Virus record (IMG/VR): IMGVR_UViG_3300045132_000109
Coordinates: 1 to 36,959 of that record
Direction: 5' to 3' (one strand)
DNA length: 36,959 bases
From: a virus
Lineage: Duplodnaviria; Caudoviricetes
Position 1 is the first letter of the stretch. Every line of letters begins with the position of its first letter. This document shows positions 25,741 through 34,037 of this stretch, in pieces. The position numbers and the translations under genes are program-made. Below the pieces are notes generated by a model. It was not told where the DNA came from. It did no database searches and saw nothing but the letters and a program-made list of their open reading frames with translations.

Positions 25741-25749
25741 TCGTTATTC

Positions 25750-25822
25750 GGGCTGCGCTCAGGGTAAGCGCGCGATCCTTGCAAGATTGCTGAGTTGGGT
25801 TCGAGTCCCAGGCGGTCCACCA
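25750..25822 (+). tRNA. tRNA-Ala(UGC), atypical D-arm (possibly pseudo)
   Basis: GGGCTGC/GCGGTCC acceptor with G3:U70, anticodon loop CTTGCAA, TTCGAGT T-loop, ACCA end; U8-A9 connector missing. Confidence 0.65.
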
Positions 25823-25826
25823 GTTC

Positions 25827-25900
25827 GCGGATATAGCTCAGAGGCAGAGCAGTCTGCTTCCACCCGATGCGCGGGATTTCGATATTCCCTATCCGCGCCA
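25827..25900 (+). tRNA. tRNA-Gly(UCC), imperfect
   Basis: GCGGATA/TATCCGC acceptor, GCTC/GAGC D-stem, loop CTTCCAC; mismatches in the anticodon and T stems; G discriminator. Confidence 0.7.
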
Positions 25901-25904
25901 ATCC

Positions 25905-25980
25905 GCCCGTGTAGCTCAGTTGGTAGAGCGCCTGCCTTGTAAGCAGGATGTCCGGGGTTCGATCCCTCGCTAGGGCACCA
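25905..25980 (+). tRNA. tRNA-Thr(UGU)
   Basis: Canonical D, anticodon (CTTGTAA) and T arms, ACCA end; two acceptor-stem mismatches. Confidence 0.85.
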
Positions 25981-25985
25981 ATCAC

Positions 25986-26062
25986 CTGGGTGTAGCTCAG
26001 TCGCGCAGAGTGCCGGCCTTGGAAGCCGGAGGCCGCTGGTTCGAGTCCAGCCTCCCAGACCA
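25986..26062 (+). tRNA. tRNA-Pro(UGG)
   Basis: CCGGC-CTTGGAA-GCCGG anticodon arm, GCTGG-TTCGAGT-CCAGC T arm, ACCA end; D-loop lacks GG. Confidence 0.85.
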
Positions 26063-26071
26063 GACTATGCC

Positions 26072-26362
26072 TCATAATCCTAGCAGATCGTCTCGCCCTT
26101 CGCGCCCAAGTTGGTCAGACACGAGCTTCCCGGCTTTGCCTACTGTCTCCCATGACCCCATGGGGATGATTGCCACGTCGCGTTTCTCGACGGCAATCTT
26201 GATGAGCGCCATCTCGCCCGCAATGCGGTGGATTGGTCGATACTTCGTGCGCCCGGCCTCGATGTCTTCATATGTTCGGAGCGGGAGTCCCATCTCCTCC
26301 GCCATTCTGGCTTGCGTCACGCCGGCCATATGTCTCATGTAAGACAGTCCGTTCGTTGCCAT
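26072..26362 (-). CDS. XRE-family HTH regulator
   Basis: GVTQARMAEEMGLPLRTYEDIEAG; GGAGG RBS before ATG 26362. Confidence 0.8.
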   Translation of the reverse strand: MATNGLSYMRHMAGVTQARMAEEMGLPLRTYEDIEAGRTKYRPIHRIAGEMALIKIAVEKRDVAIIPMGSWETVGKAGKLVSDQLGREGRDDLLGL

Positions 26363-26431
26363 TGAAGCGACCTCCGTGATTTGATACATTCTTGGGAGCC
26401 GGAGAGGTGGCTAGACCCCTCCGGCCCCCGG

Positions 26432-26500
26432 TTACCGGCTAATCGAGACTGTCAGTCTCCACTTGCCGATCCGGACTTGGAAGGTGAGCTTAGCGCTCAT
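26432..26500 (-). CDS. 22-aa peptide MSAKLTFQVRIGKWRLTVSISR
   Basis: AGGAGG RBS, own promoter, followed by a GC hairpin at 26394-26429. Confidence 0.6.
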   Translation of the reverse strand: MSAKLTFQVRIGKWRLTVSISR

Positions 26501-26544
26501 GGTTGCCTCCTAGTCCTGCCGAAGCGGGATTGCTTCGGTGATTT

Positions 26545-26596
26545 GTTATCCCACGAAAATCGTGGGCATGCAAGCAAAAACCACGAAAATCGTGGG
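26545..26596 (-). promoter_or_regulatory. Promoter with two palindromic operators CCACGA-AAA-TCGTGG
   Basis: Identical 16-mers at 26551-26566 and 26581-26596; minus-strand TTGCAT-N17-GATAAC. Confidence 0.7.
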
Positions 26597-26605
26597 TTAT
26601 TTTTA

Positions 26606-26637
26606 GGCCGTCCGACTTATCACCGGACGGCTTTTTT
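26606..26637 (+). terminator. Rho-independent terminator
   Basis: GGCCGTCCG/CGGACGGCT stem followed by a T-tract. Confidence 0.65.
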
Positions 26638-26672
26638 GCACACTTGGTGTGCCCGCCTGCTAGGTGCATCAC

Positions 26673-26981
26673 ATGGCAAGACCCGACCAGCGAAGTGAAT
26701 GCGCCGCTGAATACCGACGCCTCTATAAGACCGCCCGCTGGCGGAGGGTGCGCGAGGCTAAGCTATCGCAGGATCCATTGTGCGAGTGGTGTTTGGAGCG
26801 CGAAGACGTAACGGTAGCGACAGAGGTTCACCACGCCGACGGGGGGCACAAGGGCGATGAGACCAAGTTCTGGTCTGGTCCTTTTGTTTCTACCTGCGCT
26901 CCGTGTCACTCGTCGCGGGGGCAGCGTGAAGACCTCGGACAGACTGTCGTCCGGTTCGGGCCTGACGGATGGCCTATTTAG
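26673..26981 (+). CDS. HNH endonuclease (packaging-associated)
   Basis: PLCEWC...EVHH...CAPCHS; located upstream of terS as for HK97 gp74. Confidence 0.85.
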   Translation: MARPDQRSECAAEYRRLYKTARWRRVREAKLSQDPLCEWCLEREDVTVATEVHHADGGHKGDETKFWSGPFVSTCAPCHSSRGQREDLGQTVVRFGPDGWPI

Positions 26982-27039
26982 GCCGTGCCACAGTAAGAAA
27001 TATCGGCCACTAAACGCCCATTACCACACAAGTTTCGAT

Positions 27040-27180
27040 TCACGAGTCGGGTCCGTCAAAATTTTTCCGAGTATGGGGCGGGGGCGGTCGAAAACTCGAC
27101 GACTGCTCGCCCCGCGGACCAGCGCCCCCGCATCGCGCGCACGTCCACAATTCAGAATATGACCCCTGCAACGAGGATTG
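27040..27180. other. Probable cos region
   Basis: Intergenic DNA between HNH and terS with GGGGCGGGGGCGGTCGAAAA; inferred from position only. Confidence 0.35.
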
Positions 27181-27184
27181 AGCC

Positions 27185-27580
27185 ATGGCGAGGCCTAGAA
27201 CGCCTCTTGCCAAGGCGGCAGTAGAGGCCAGCGACAAAAAGAATCCGCAGCGCTTCAAAAAGCGCACCGAGCCCAAGGCTAACGGGCCTCTCGGCGCTCC
27301 GCCGAAGTGGCTGGTGGATACCGATACGAGCAAGGCGAAGTCTGCCTGGCTGCTTTTTCAGAAAGAGATTCCTTGGCTGACGGAGTCGCACCGGATGCTA
27401 GTCGGCATGGCCGCCAACATTCAGGGGCGCATCATGGCCAATCAGGACGTTGGCGTTCAGGCGATGAATCTCCTGAGGCAATGCCTCGGGCAGATGGGTG
27501 CGACGCCTTCCGACGCCAGCAAGATTACGGTGCCAGAAGGTGACGAGGAAGACCCAGACGACGCCCTGTTCAACAGGTAG
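27185..27580 (+). CDS. terS: Terminase small subunit
   Basis: MARPRTP...PPKWL...GQMGATPSDASKI P27-like pattern; GAGGA RBS. Confidence 0.85.
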   Translation: MARPRTPLAKAAVEASDKKNPQRFKKRTEPKANGPLGAPPKWLVDTDTSKAKSAWLLFQKEIPWLTESHRMLVGMAANIQGRIMANQDVGVQAMNLLRQCLGQMGATPSDASKITVPEGDEEDPDDALFNR

Positions 27581-29432
27581 CGCCCTTGCGCGCGTGAACG
27601 CATATGCGCAGGCTGTTCTCGATGGTGATATTATCGCCGGCCCCCATGTGCGCAATGCCTGCCGACGTCACTTTGACGATCTGGAAAAGGGTGGCGAGCG
27701 CGGCCTTTGGTTTGATGAAGACGCCGCCGAGCATGTGTTCCGGTTTTTTGAGCAGGGCCTGAAGCTATCCGAGGGCCAGTTTGATGGTGTGCCTTTCAAC
27801 CTGCATCCTTCGCAAGCATTCAAGCTTGGATCGATATTCGGCTGGAAGCGCGAGGGCGGCAGTCGCCGCTTCCGCACGGTCTACATCGAGGAAGGTAAAG
27901 GCAACGGAAAGTCGCCTTTTGCTGGTGGTGTCGGTCTGTATGGCCTGACTGCTGACGGGGAGGCCGGTGCACAGATTTACGCAGCGGCCGCTAAGAAAGA
28001 ACAGGCTGCGATCCTTTTTCAGGACGCCTGCAAGATGGTCCGGCAGTCGCCGGCGCTGTTGAAGCGCGTTAAGTTCAGCGGCGGCATCGGCAAAGAGTTC
28101 AACATCGCGCACCACGCGTCGCAGTCGTTCTTCAGGCACATCTCGAAAGAGGCAGGCAAGACTGGTTCTGGTCCGCGCCCGCACTTCGCCCTTTGCGACG
28201 AGGTGCATGAGCACCCTGATCGCGGTATCATGGAGATGTTGCAGCGCGGCTTTAAATTTCGCCAGCAGCCGCTGCTTTTGATGATTACGAACAGCGGCAG
28301 CGACAGGAACTCAGTCTGCTGGGAGGAGCGCGAGCGCGCGGTTCGGGTTGTTGCCGGCACTAAGACGCCGGACGACGACTTCACCTATGTCGGAGAGACG
28401 TGGGAAGGGAGCGACACTGTCTTCGCTTACGTCTGCTCACTCGACAAGGATGACGATCCGCTTGAGGATCCGTCATGCTGGGTGAAGGCGAACCCGCTTC
28501 TCGGCACGATCCTGACCGACGAGTATCTGGCGGGCGTTGTGGCGGAGGCAAAGGAAGTCCCCGGCAAGCTGAACAACGTGTTGCGCCTGCATTTCTGCGT
28601 CTGGACAGACGCCGACAAGGCGTGGATGCCGCGTGCGACCGTCGACAAGGTGATGTCCGACTGGGATTTGCCCTCCGACGGCCCGCTGCTCTTGGGTGTC
28701 GACCTTTCCGGCACGAAGGACATGACTGTCGTGGCCTGCGTGCAGCCGACCGGGTTTAAGACGGTAACGCGCGAGGGCGGTGAAACCACCGAATTGCCGA
28801 CCTACGACGCATGGATTGAGGCGTGGACGCCCGGCGATACGCTTGCGGCGCGCGTTCTGGCCGATAAGCAGCCATACGATGTGTGGGTTCGGGATGGCTA
28901 TCTGAATGCTCCCGAAGGTCCGCGCATCCGTTTCGACATCGTCGCGGCGCGCGTGGCAGAACTTGACCGCCAATACGACATCCAGTCGATCGCATACGAC
29001 AACTACGCCTATTCGGCCTTCAAGGACGAACTGGACGTGTTTGGTGTAGATGCCGAGCAGTTGCCGCACCCTCAAGGTGGCAAGGTGCGAGCCAGGTCGT
29101 CTGAAGAAAAGATCGAGGCGGCGAAAGCCGCAGGCGAGAAGCCTCCATTGGGGCTGTGGATGCCCGGGTCAGTCACTGAGCTTGAAAACCTCATCATCGA
29201 TGGGCGCATTCGGCTTCGGTCAAATCCGGTCTTGATGACCGCCCTGATGGGCTCGACGTTCAACCACCCGCCCGACCCTCACGGCAATCGCTGGTTTGTA
29301 AAGACGCGCGCCAGCGTGCGTATCGACGCTGCCGTGGCTTTGGCAATGGCGGTTGGGGCTGCGGCGGACAAGCCCACGCAGAAGCAAGATATCGACGATT
29401 TCGTGAACAACATCGTCACCGTCACATGGTGA
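27540..29432 (+). CDS. terL: Terminase large subunit
   Basis: Walker A GKGNGKS, Walker B LCDEVHEH, nuclease GVDLSGTKD and RIDAAVA; start uncertain (GTG 27540 or 27594). Confidence 0.93.
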   Translation: MTRKTQTTPCSTGSALARVNAYAQAVLDGDIIAGPHVRNACRRHFDDLEKGGERGLWFDEDAAEHVFRFFEQGLKLSEGQFDGVPFNLHPSQAFKLGSIFGWKREGGSRRFRTVYIEEGKGNGKSPFAGGVGLYGLTADGEAGAQIYAAAAKKEQAAILFQDACKMVRQSPALLKRVKFSGGIGKEFNIAHHASQSFFRHISKEAGKTGSGPRPHFALCDEVHEHPDRGIMEMLQRGFKFRQQPLLLMITNSGSDRNSVCWEERERAVRVVAGTKTPDDDFTYVGETWEGSDTVFAYVCSLDKDDDPLEDPSCWVKANPLLGTILTDEYLAGVVAEAKEVPGKLNNVLRLHFCVWTDADKAWMPRATVDKVMSDWDLPSDGPLLLGVDLSGTKDMTVVACVQPTGFKTVTREGGETTELPTYDAWIEAWTPGDTLAARVLADKQPYDVWVRDGYLNAPEGPRIRFDIVAARVAELDRQYDIQSIAYDNYAYSAFKDELDVFGVDAEQLPHPQGGKVRARSSEEKIEAAKAAGEKPPLGLWMPGSVTELENLIIDGRIRLRSNPVLMTALMGSTFNHPPDPHGNRWFVKTRASVRIDAAVALAMAVGAAADKPTQKQDIDDFVNNIVTVTW

Positions 29433-29450
29433 CGTGAACAAGGAGCGGCC

Positions 29451-30701
29451 ATGGGCCTTTTGACCTGGCTGGGGAAGCCGTTCGGTCTGCTTTCCGGCCC
29501 GTGGCGCGCGTTCTTCGGGATGTCGACGCCCAGCGGGGAGACCGTCACATATGACCATGCGCTACAGCTCGATGCTGTCTGGGCGTGCGTGAACCTGATT
29601 TCCAACGCCGTGAAGACGCTGCCTTGCAATGTCTACAAGGGCGACGGCGTGATCATGGACATAGGAAACCCGCTGTATGAATTGCTACACGACATGCCGA
29701 ATCTGGACGACAGCGCGTCCGATTTCTGGGGCATGGCGGCGCTTTGTCTTTGTCTGGACGGGAACTTTTTCGCGGAGAAGAGGCGGGTAGGTGAGCGGCT
29801 GGTTGCGCTTAATCCGTTGAACCCGCTTTCCGTTGAGGTGAAGCGCGACTCGCGCGGCCGTCGCGTTTACGAGGTGACTGAGCAGTACGAGAACGGCAAG
29901 AAGGGCGGTGTCCGCAAGATTGCTGAAGACAACATGCTGCATGTCCGCGGCATGGTTATGCCGGGGCAGGATCGTGGTCTGTCGCCAATCGCCGCGCAGC
30001 GGAATGTCATCGGCAACGCGATGGCGGGAGAGAAGTCGGCGGGGCGGCTCTACAAGAGCGGTCTTATTTCAACGACCTTCCTCATGTCCGACCAGACGCT
30101 GAAGCCTGAGCAGCGCAAACAGATCGCGGATTCACTCGGTGCGTTCGCTGGCGCAGATAAGGCAGGCGGCATTGCGGTCCTGGAGGCCGGGCTCACGCCG
30201 CACTCGTTGAACATCAACCCGAAAGACGCGCAGCTTCTGGAGGCGCGGCAGTATTCGGTTGAGCAGATTTGCCGAATTTTTGGCATCCCCCCAGTGATGA
30301 TTGGTCATGCGGCCAATGGCACGACAACGTGGGGGAGTGGGATTGAGCAACTGATCCTGCAATTCACGAAAACCTGCCTGACGCCGCTGCTGCGCTCTAT
30401 CGAAAGCGCGATCTATCGCGACTTGCTGGATACGAAAACGCGCAAAACGACCGTCGTCAAATTCAATATGGAAGGGCTCCTGCGGGGTGACAGCGCCGCG
30501 CGGGCGGAGTTCCTGTCCAAGATGGTTACGAACGGCATCTACACGCCGGACGAGGCGCGTGCCTACGAAAACAAGGCTCCAGAACCCGGCGGCGCTCGCC
30601 TGATAGTGCAGGGCGCGATGGCCCCGCTTGAAACGCTGGGCCATAACGGTGGCCCACTCCTGGATACGCCGACGGCCGATCCCGACAAACGCGCCGCTTA
30701 A
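29451..30701 (+). CDS. HK97-family portal protein
   Basis: AVWACVNLIS, GLSPI, ICRIFGIPP, LLRGD, TPDEAR. Confidence 0.93.
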   Translation: MGLLTWLGKPFGLLSGPWRAFFGMSTPSGETVTYDHALQLDAVWACVNLISNAVKTLPCNVYKGDGVIMDIGNPLYELLHDMPNLDDSASDFWGMAALCLCLDGNFFAEKRRVGERLVALNPLNPLSVEVKRDSRGRRVYEVTEQYENGKKGGVRKIAEDNMLHVRGMVMPGQDRGLSPIAAQRNVIGNAMAGEKSAGRLYKSGLISTTFLMSDQTLKPEQRKQIADSLGAFAGADKAGGIAVLEAGLTPHSLNINPKDAQLLEARQYSVEQICRIFGIPPVMIGHAANGTTTWGSGIEQLILQFTKTCLTPLLRSIESAIYRDLLDTKTRKTTVVKFNMEGLLRGDSAARAEFLSKMVTNGIYTPDEARAYENKAPEPGGARLIVQGAMAPLETLGHNGGPLLDTPTADPDKRAA

Positions 30702-30709
30702 GGAAAATC

Positions 30710-31825
30710 ATGAAATTTGAAAACCTGATGGCCGCCTTTGAGGCGGAGCCTTGGGCTATTCAGCGCGAAAAGCTTGGCTTGCTGGCTGATGTTATCGTAG
30801 CGCGCGCTCAGGGCGAGAAGTTGGTGGACTCGGAAGTCGCTACGGCCATTTCCGACGCTCGCGCCCGCGAAGTCGCCAGTATCGACGGTGCGGTGGCTGT
30901 TGTTCCGGTCTATGGCGTTCTGGCGAACAAGATGGACGCTTTCTCCGCCATGAGCGGCGGCACGTCCTATGCCGGCATCAAGAAGGCCCTGCACGCTGCG
31001 CTGTCTGATGACGACGTGAAGGCCGTCGTTCTGGATATCGACAGCCCCGGCGGCTCGGTGCCCGGCACGGAGGAACTTTCCAACGAAATTCGTAGCCTGC
31101 GTGGCGGCGAGAAGCCGATCATTGCGCATGTCAATTCGCTGGCTGCAAGCGCAGCCTACTGGATTGCGGCGTCTGCGGACGAGATAGTCGTAACGCCTTC
31201 CGGGCGAGCCGGTTCCATCGGCGTCTATACAGCGCACGACGACATTTCGGTTGCGTTGGAAAAGCGCGGCATCAAGCGCACCTACATCAGCGCCGGCAAA
31301 CACAAGGTCGAGGGCAATGAAACCGAGCCAATCGGCAAGGACACGCTCGCGCACATTCAGGATGGCGTGAATCGGTCTTATAGCCGCTTCGTTGCGGCCG
31401 TTGCTGAAGGTCGCGGCACGACAGTCGGCAAGGTCGAGGACGGCTACGGGCAGGGACGGACCTTCTTTGCGGAAGCCCTGATGGACCGCGGCATGGTGGA
31501 TCGCATCGCGACGCTGGAGCAAACCCTTGAGCGTTTCGGTGCAGAGACGCAACCAGCTGCCGTTCGGCGCATCAAGGCCTCCAATCAGGCTAGGCGCGAG
31601 GCCGCAGAAACGCTGGCCGCAAAGATGACGGCGGGCGAACAGATTACGAAACGCGAGTTTGAGCATGGCATCAGGGGACTGATGGGCTTGAGCGGAGCAG
31701 AGGCAGAGCGGGCCGCTCGGCTCTACCTCAAGAAGGATCAGGGGGAACCTGATGTCGATGCGGAGGCTGCCGCTTTGGCAGCGGTCGAAAGGCTTCTGAC
31801 CGAAGCAAAATCCTTCCGCGTCTGA
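30710..31825 (+). CDS. S49 (SppA/ClpP-like) prohead protease
   Basis: LDIDSPGG, AASAAYWIA, GSIGV, ISAGKHK. Confidence 0.9.
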   Translation: MKFENLMAAFEAEPWAIQREKLGLLADVIVARAQGEKLVDSEVATAISDARAREVASIDGAVAVVPVYGVLANKMDAFSAMSGGTSYAGIKKALHAALSDDDVKAVVLDIDSPGGSVPGTEELSNEIRSLRGGEKPIIAHVNSLAASAAYWIAASADEIVVTPSGRAGSIGVYTAHDDISVALEKRGIKRTYISAGKHKVEGNETEPIGKDTLAHIQDGVNRSYSRFVAAVAEGRGTTVGKVEDGYGQGRTFFAEALMDRGMVDRIATLEQTLERFGAETQPAAVRRIKASNQARREAAETLAAKMTAGEQITKREFEHGIRGLMGLSGAEAERAARLYLKKDQGEPDVDAEAAALAAVERLLTEAKSFRV

Positions 31826-31885
31826 CGCGGTTCCTTGCCGCCTGCGGGCGGCCCATCCAAACATTTTTCGAAAGGAGATTGGCTC

Positions 31886-33103
31886 ATGGCCGATCCGAAT
31901 ACGCTTGTCGAGCGCATTGGCGAGCTGGGCGAGTCCCTCGCCACCATCAAGGAAACCGTTGGCAACCTCGCCTCCGATTTCACCGCGAAGCTTGCTGCTT
32001 CCGGCGAGGTTTCCACCGAACTGACTGGCAAGGTCGACAAGGCGCTCAACGAGCTTGGCGAGGCCACCACGCGCCTTGGCGAGCTTGAGAAGCGCGCTGC
32101 GCGTGAGCGCGAAGACGTTGCGGCGGGTCCGCGCGACATCGGTGACATTGTTGTCGGTTCCGAGAAGTTCAAGGCAACCGACGTTTCCGGTGGCTGGCGC
32201 GGTTCGATCCGCGTGGGCATGGAGCGCGCAGACATCACTTCGGGCAACACCACTGTTGGCGCTGGTCGCTCGGCTGGTACGTCTCTGGTCCCGGGTGCCC
32301 GCGTTCCGGGTATCGTTGCCCCACCGAACCGCCAGTTCACCATCCGCGACCTGCTCGCGCCGGGCCGCACTTCGGCGTCGAGCGTCGAATTCGTCAAGGA
32401 AACCGGCTTCACCAATGCCGCCGCCCCGGTTGCGGAAGGCGCTCAAAAGCCGAAGTCGGACCTGCAATTCAATCTGTTCACCACGCCGGTGCGTACCATT
32501 GCGCATATCTTCAAGGCGTCGCGACAGATTCTCGACGACGCTCCCGGCCTTGCGAGCTACATCAACGCGCGCGGCACTTACGGGCTGAAATTCGTTGAAG
32601 AGGGCCAGATCCTCAACGGCGACGGCGCGGGCCAGAACCTTGACGGCATCCTGAACCAGGCCACCGCATTTGCGCCGGCCTTCAGCGTCGCCAACGAGAC
32701 CGGCATCGATCGTCTGCGCCTGGCGATTCTGCAGGTCATTCTGGCCGAATACCCGGCGAGCGGCTTTGTGCTGCACCCGACCGATTGGGCCAAGATCGAA
32801 CTGACCAAGGACCTCGGCGGCAACTACATCGTCGGCAACGCCCAGTCGCCGATCGGTCCGACCCTGTGGGGCCTCCCGGTCGTCCAGACCCAGGCAATGG
32901 CGGCTGGTGAGTTTCTGACCGGCGCGTTCAACCTTGCTGCGCAGATTTTCGACCGCATGGACGTGGAAGTTCTTCTGTCGAGCGAGAACGTCGACGACTT
33001 CGAGAAGAACATGTTCACGATCCGTATCGAGGAGCGTCTTGCGCTGGCGGTTTACCGCCCCGAGGCGTTCGTCGCGGGCGACGTCGAGGCCAGCGGCTCG
33101 TAA
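31886..33103 (+). CDS. Major capsid protein, HK97 fold
   Basis: N-terminal coiled-coil delta domain; VAEGAQKP, ASRQILDDAP, ILNGDG, EERLALAVYRPEAF; AAGGAG RBS. Confidence 0.95.
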   Translation: MADPNTLVERIGELGESLATIKETVGNLASDFTAKLAASGEVSTELTGKVDKALNELGEATTRLGELEKRAAREREDVAAGPRDIGDIVVGSEKFKATDVSGGWRGSIRVGMERADITSGNTTVGAGRSAGTSLVPGARVPGIVAPPNRQFTIRDLLAPGRTSASSVEFVKETGFTNAAAPVAEGAQKPKSDLQFNLFTTPVRTIAHIFKASRQILDDAPGLASYINARGTYGLKFVEEGQILNGDGAGQNLDGILNQATAFAPAFSVANETGIDRLRLAILQVILAEYPASGFVLHPTDWAKIELTKDLGGNYIVGNAQSPIGPTLWGLPVVQTQAMAAGEFLTGAFNLAAQIFDRMDVEVLLSSENVDDFEKNMFTIRIEERLALAVYRPEAFVAGDVEASGS

Positions 33104-33112
33104 TTCATGGAA

Positions 33113-33132
33113 GGGGCGGCTTCGGCCGCCCC
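33113..33132 (+). terminator. UUCG hairpin after the capsid gene (weak terminator or stabiliser)
   Basis: GGGGCGGC-TTCG-GCCGCCCC with a short U-tract. Confidence 0.5.
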
Positions 33133-33149
33133 GTTCACATGAGGCAATC

Positions 33150-33362
33150 ATGAAAATCAGGGCGTTGAAAACGCTGGTCGGCGAGTACGGCCGGCTGGCG
33201 AAGGGCGACATTGTCGAGATGCCAAACTGGCAGGCGAAGCCGTTGCTGGCGCTTGGATATGTCGAGGTTGCTGCGGAACTCATCAACGTTGAGGCGCCAG
33301 TTGCGCCGCGCAAGAGGGCCAAGCATGGCAAATCCAAAAACAAACAAGCGGCGGATGGCTAG
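33150..33362 (+). CDS. Small head-associated hypothetical protein
   Basis: MKIRALK...GDIVEM...LLALGYVE; GAGG RBS. Confidence 0.7.
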   Translation: MKIRALKTLVGEYGRLAKGDIVEMPNWQAKPLLALGYVEVAAELINVEAPVAPRKRAKHGKSKNKQAADG

Positions 33363-33705
33363 CTACATCGGCGCGGACGTTGTCGACCCGGACGAATGGC
33401 CTGTTGCTCGTCCGCATCTCGTGGACGCGCCGACAGTGAGCGGTGTGGCGAAGGTCGGGGAAACTCTGACGGCAACGCCGGGAATATGGCAGGGAAGTCC
33501 GACGTTCGCGTACCAGTGGCTTGCTGACGGCGCTGCGATACCTGGCGCTACTTCTGCTTCATACGAGGCGGATGGGGGCGACGAGGGCAAGGTGCTTTCC
33601 GTTCGCGTGACGGCGACGAACGCTGGAGGCTCTGTGGTCGCGATGAGCGACGCCACCGCGGAGGTTGAGCCTGCTGGTGATGTCGAACAGGGTGATGAGC
33701 CGTAA
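33325..33705 (+). CDS. Ig-like virion decoration protein
   Basis: PTVSGVAKVGETLTATPGIW...YQWLADGAAIPGATSASY...SVRVTATNAGG. Confidence 0.7.
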   Translation: MANPKTNKRRMASYIGADVVDPDEWPVARPHLVDAPTVSGVAKVGETLTATPGIWQGSPTFAYQWLADGAAIPGATSASYEADGGDEGKVLSVRVTATNAGGSVVAMSDATAEVEPAGDVEQGDEP

Positions 33706-34037
33706 TGGCGTTGGTCGATTTCGCCCTCGTCAAAAAGCACCTCAGGGTCTTTCATGACGACGATGATGACACCATCGCGGCCTATCAGGCTGCAGCGGAG
33801 AACATCGTCGTCGAGTATCTTGACCGGGAAATAGTACCGACTGGTGGCGCGGTAGAAGGCGACGCCATAGAAGTGACGCCGGCCATTACGGCTGCGGTGT
33901 TGCTCGTGACGGGGGACCTTTACGAGGTTCGCGAGCCGGACCAGAAACAAGAAGGCGCGATGCTGCCGCGCGCCGTGCGCGCGCTACTGGCACCGTATCG
34001 CGTGTGGCGCACCCATGACCCCGACATGGTATCCTGA
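33705..34037 (+). CDS. Head-tail connector (HK97 gp6-like)
   Basis: VKKHLRV..DDDD...AVLLVTGDLYEVRE...ALLAPYR. Confidence 0.88.
   Translation: MALVDFALVKKHLRVFHDDDDDTIAAYQAAAENIVVEYLDREIVPTGGAVEGDAIEVTPAITAAVLLVTGDLYEVREPDQKQEGAMLPRAVRALLAPYRVWRTHDPDMVS

Noticed and set aside
25484-25822. Phage tmRNA (Ala-like acceptor with G3:U70 and odd D-arm)
   Set aside because: The element has a complete UGC anticodon arm and no tag reading frame ending in AA-stop was found
25919-25927. tRNA-Thr D-loop UUGGUAG complementary to CUACCAA loops
   Set aside because: Generic D-loop sequence found in many tRNAs; probably coincidence
30698-33343. 881-aa minus-strand ORF
   Set aside because: Antisense shadow of the protease and capsid genes caused by GC-rich codon bias; no motifs or RBS
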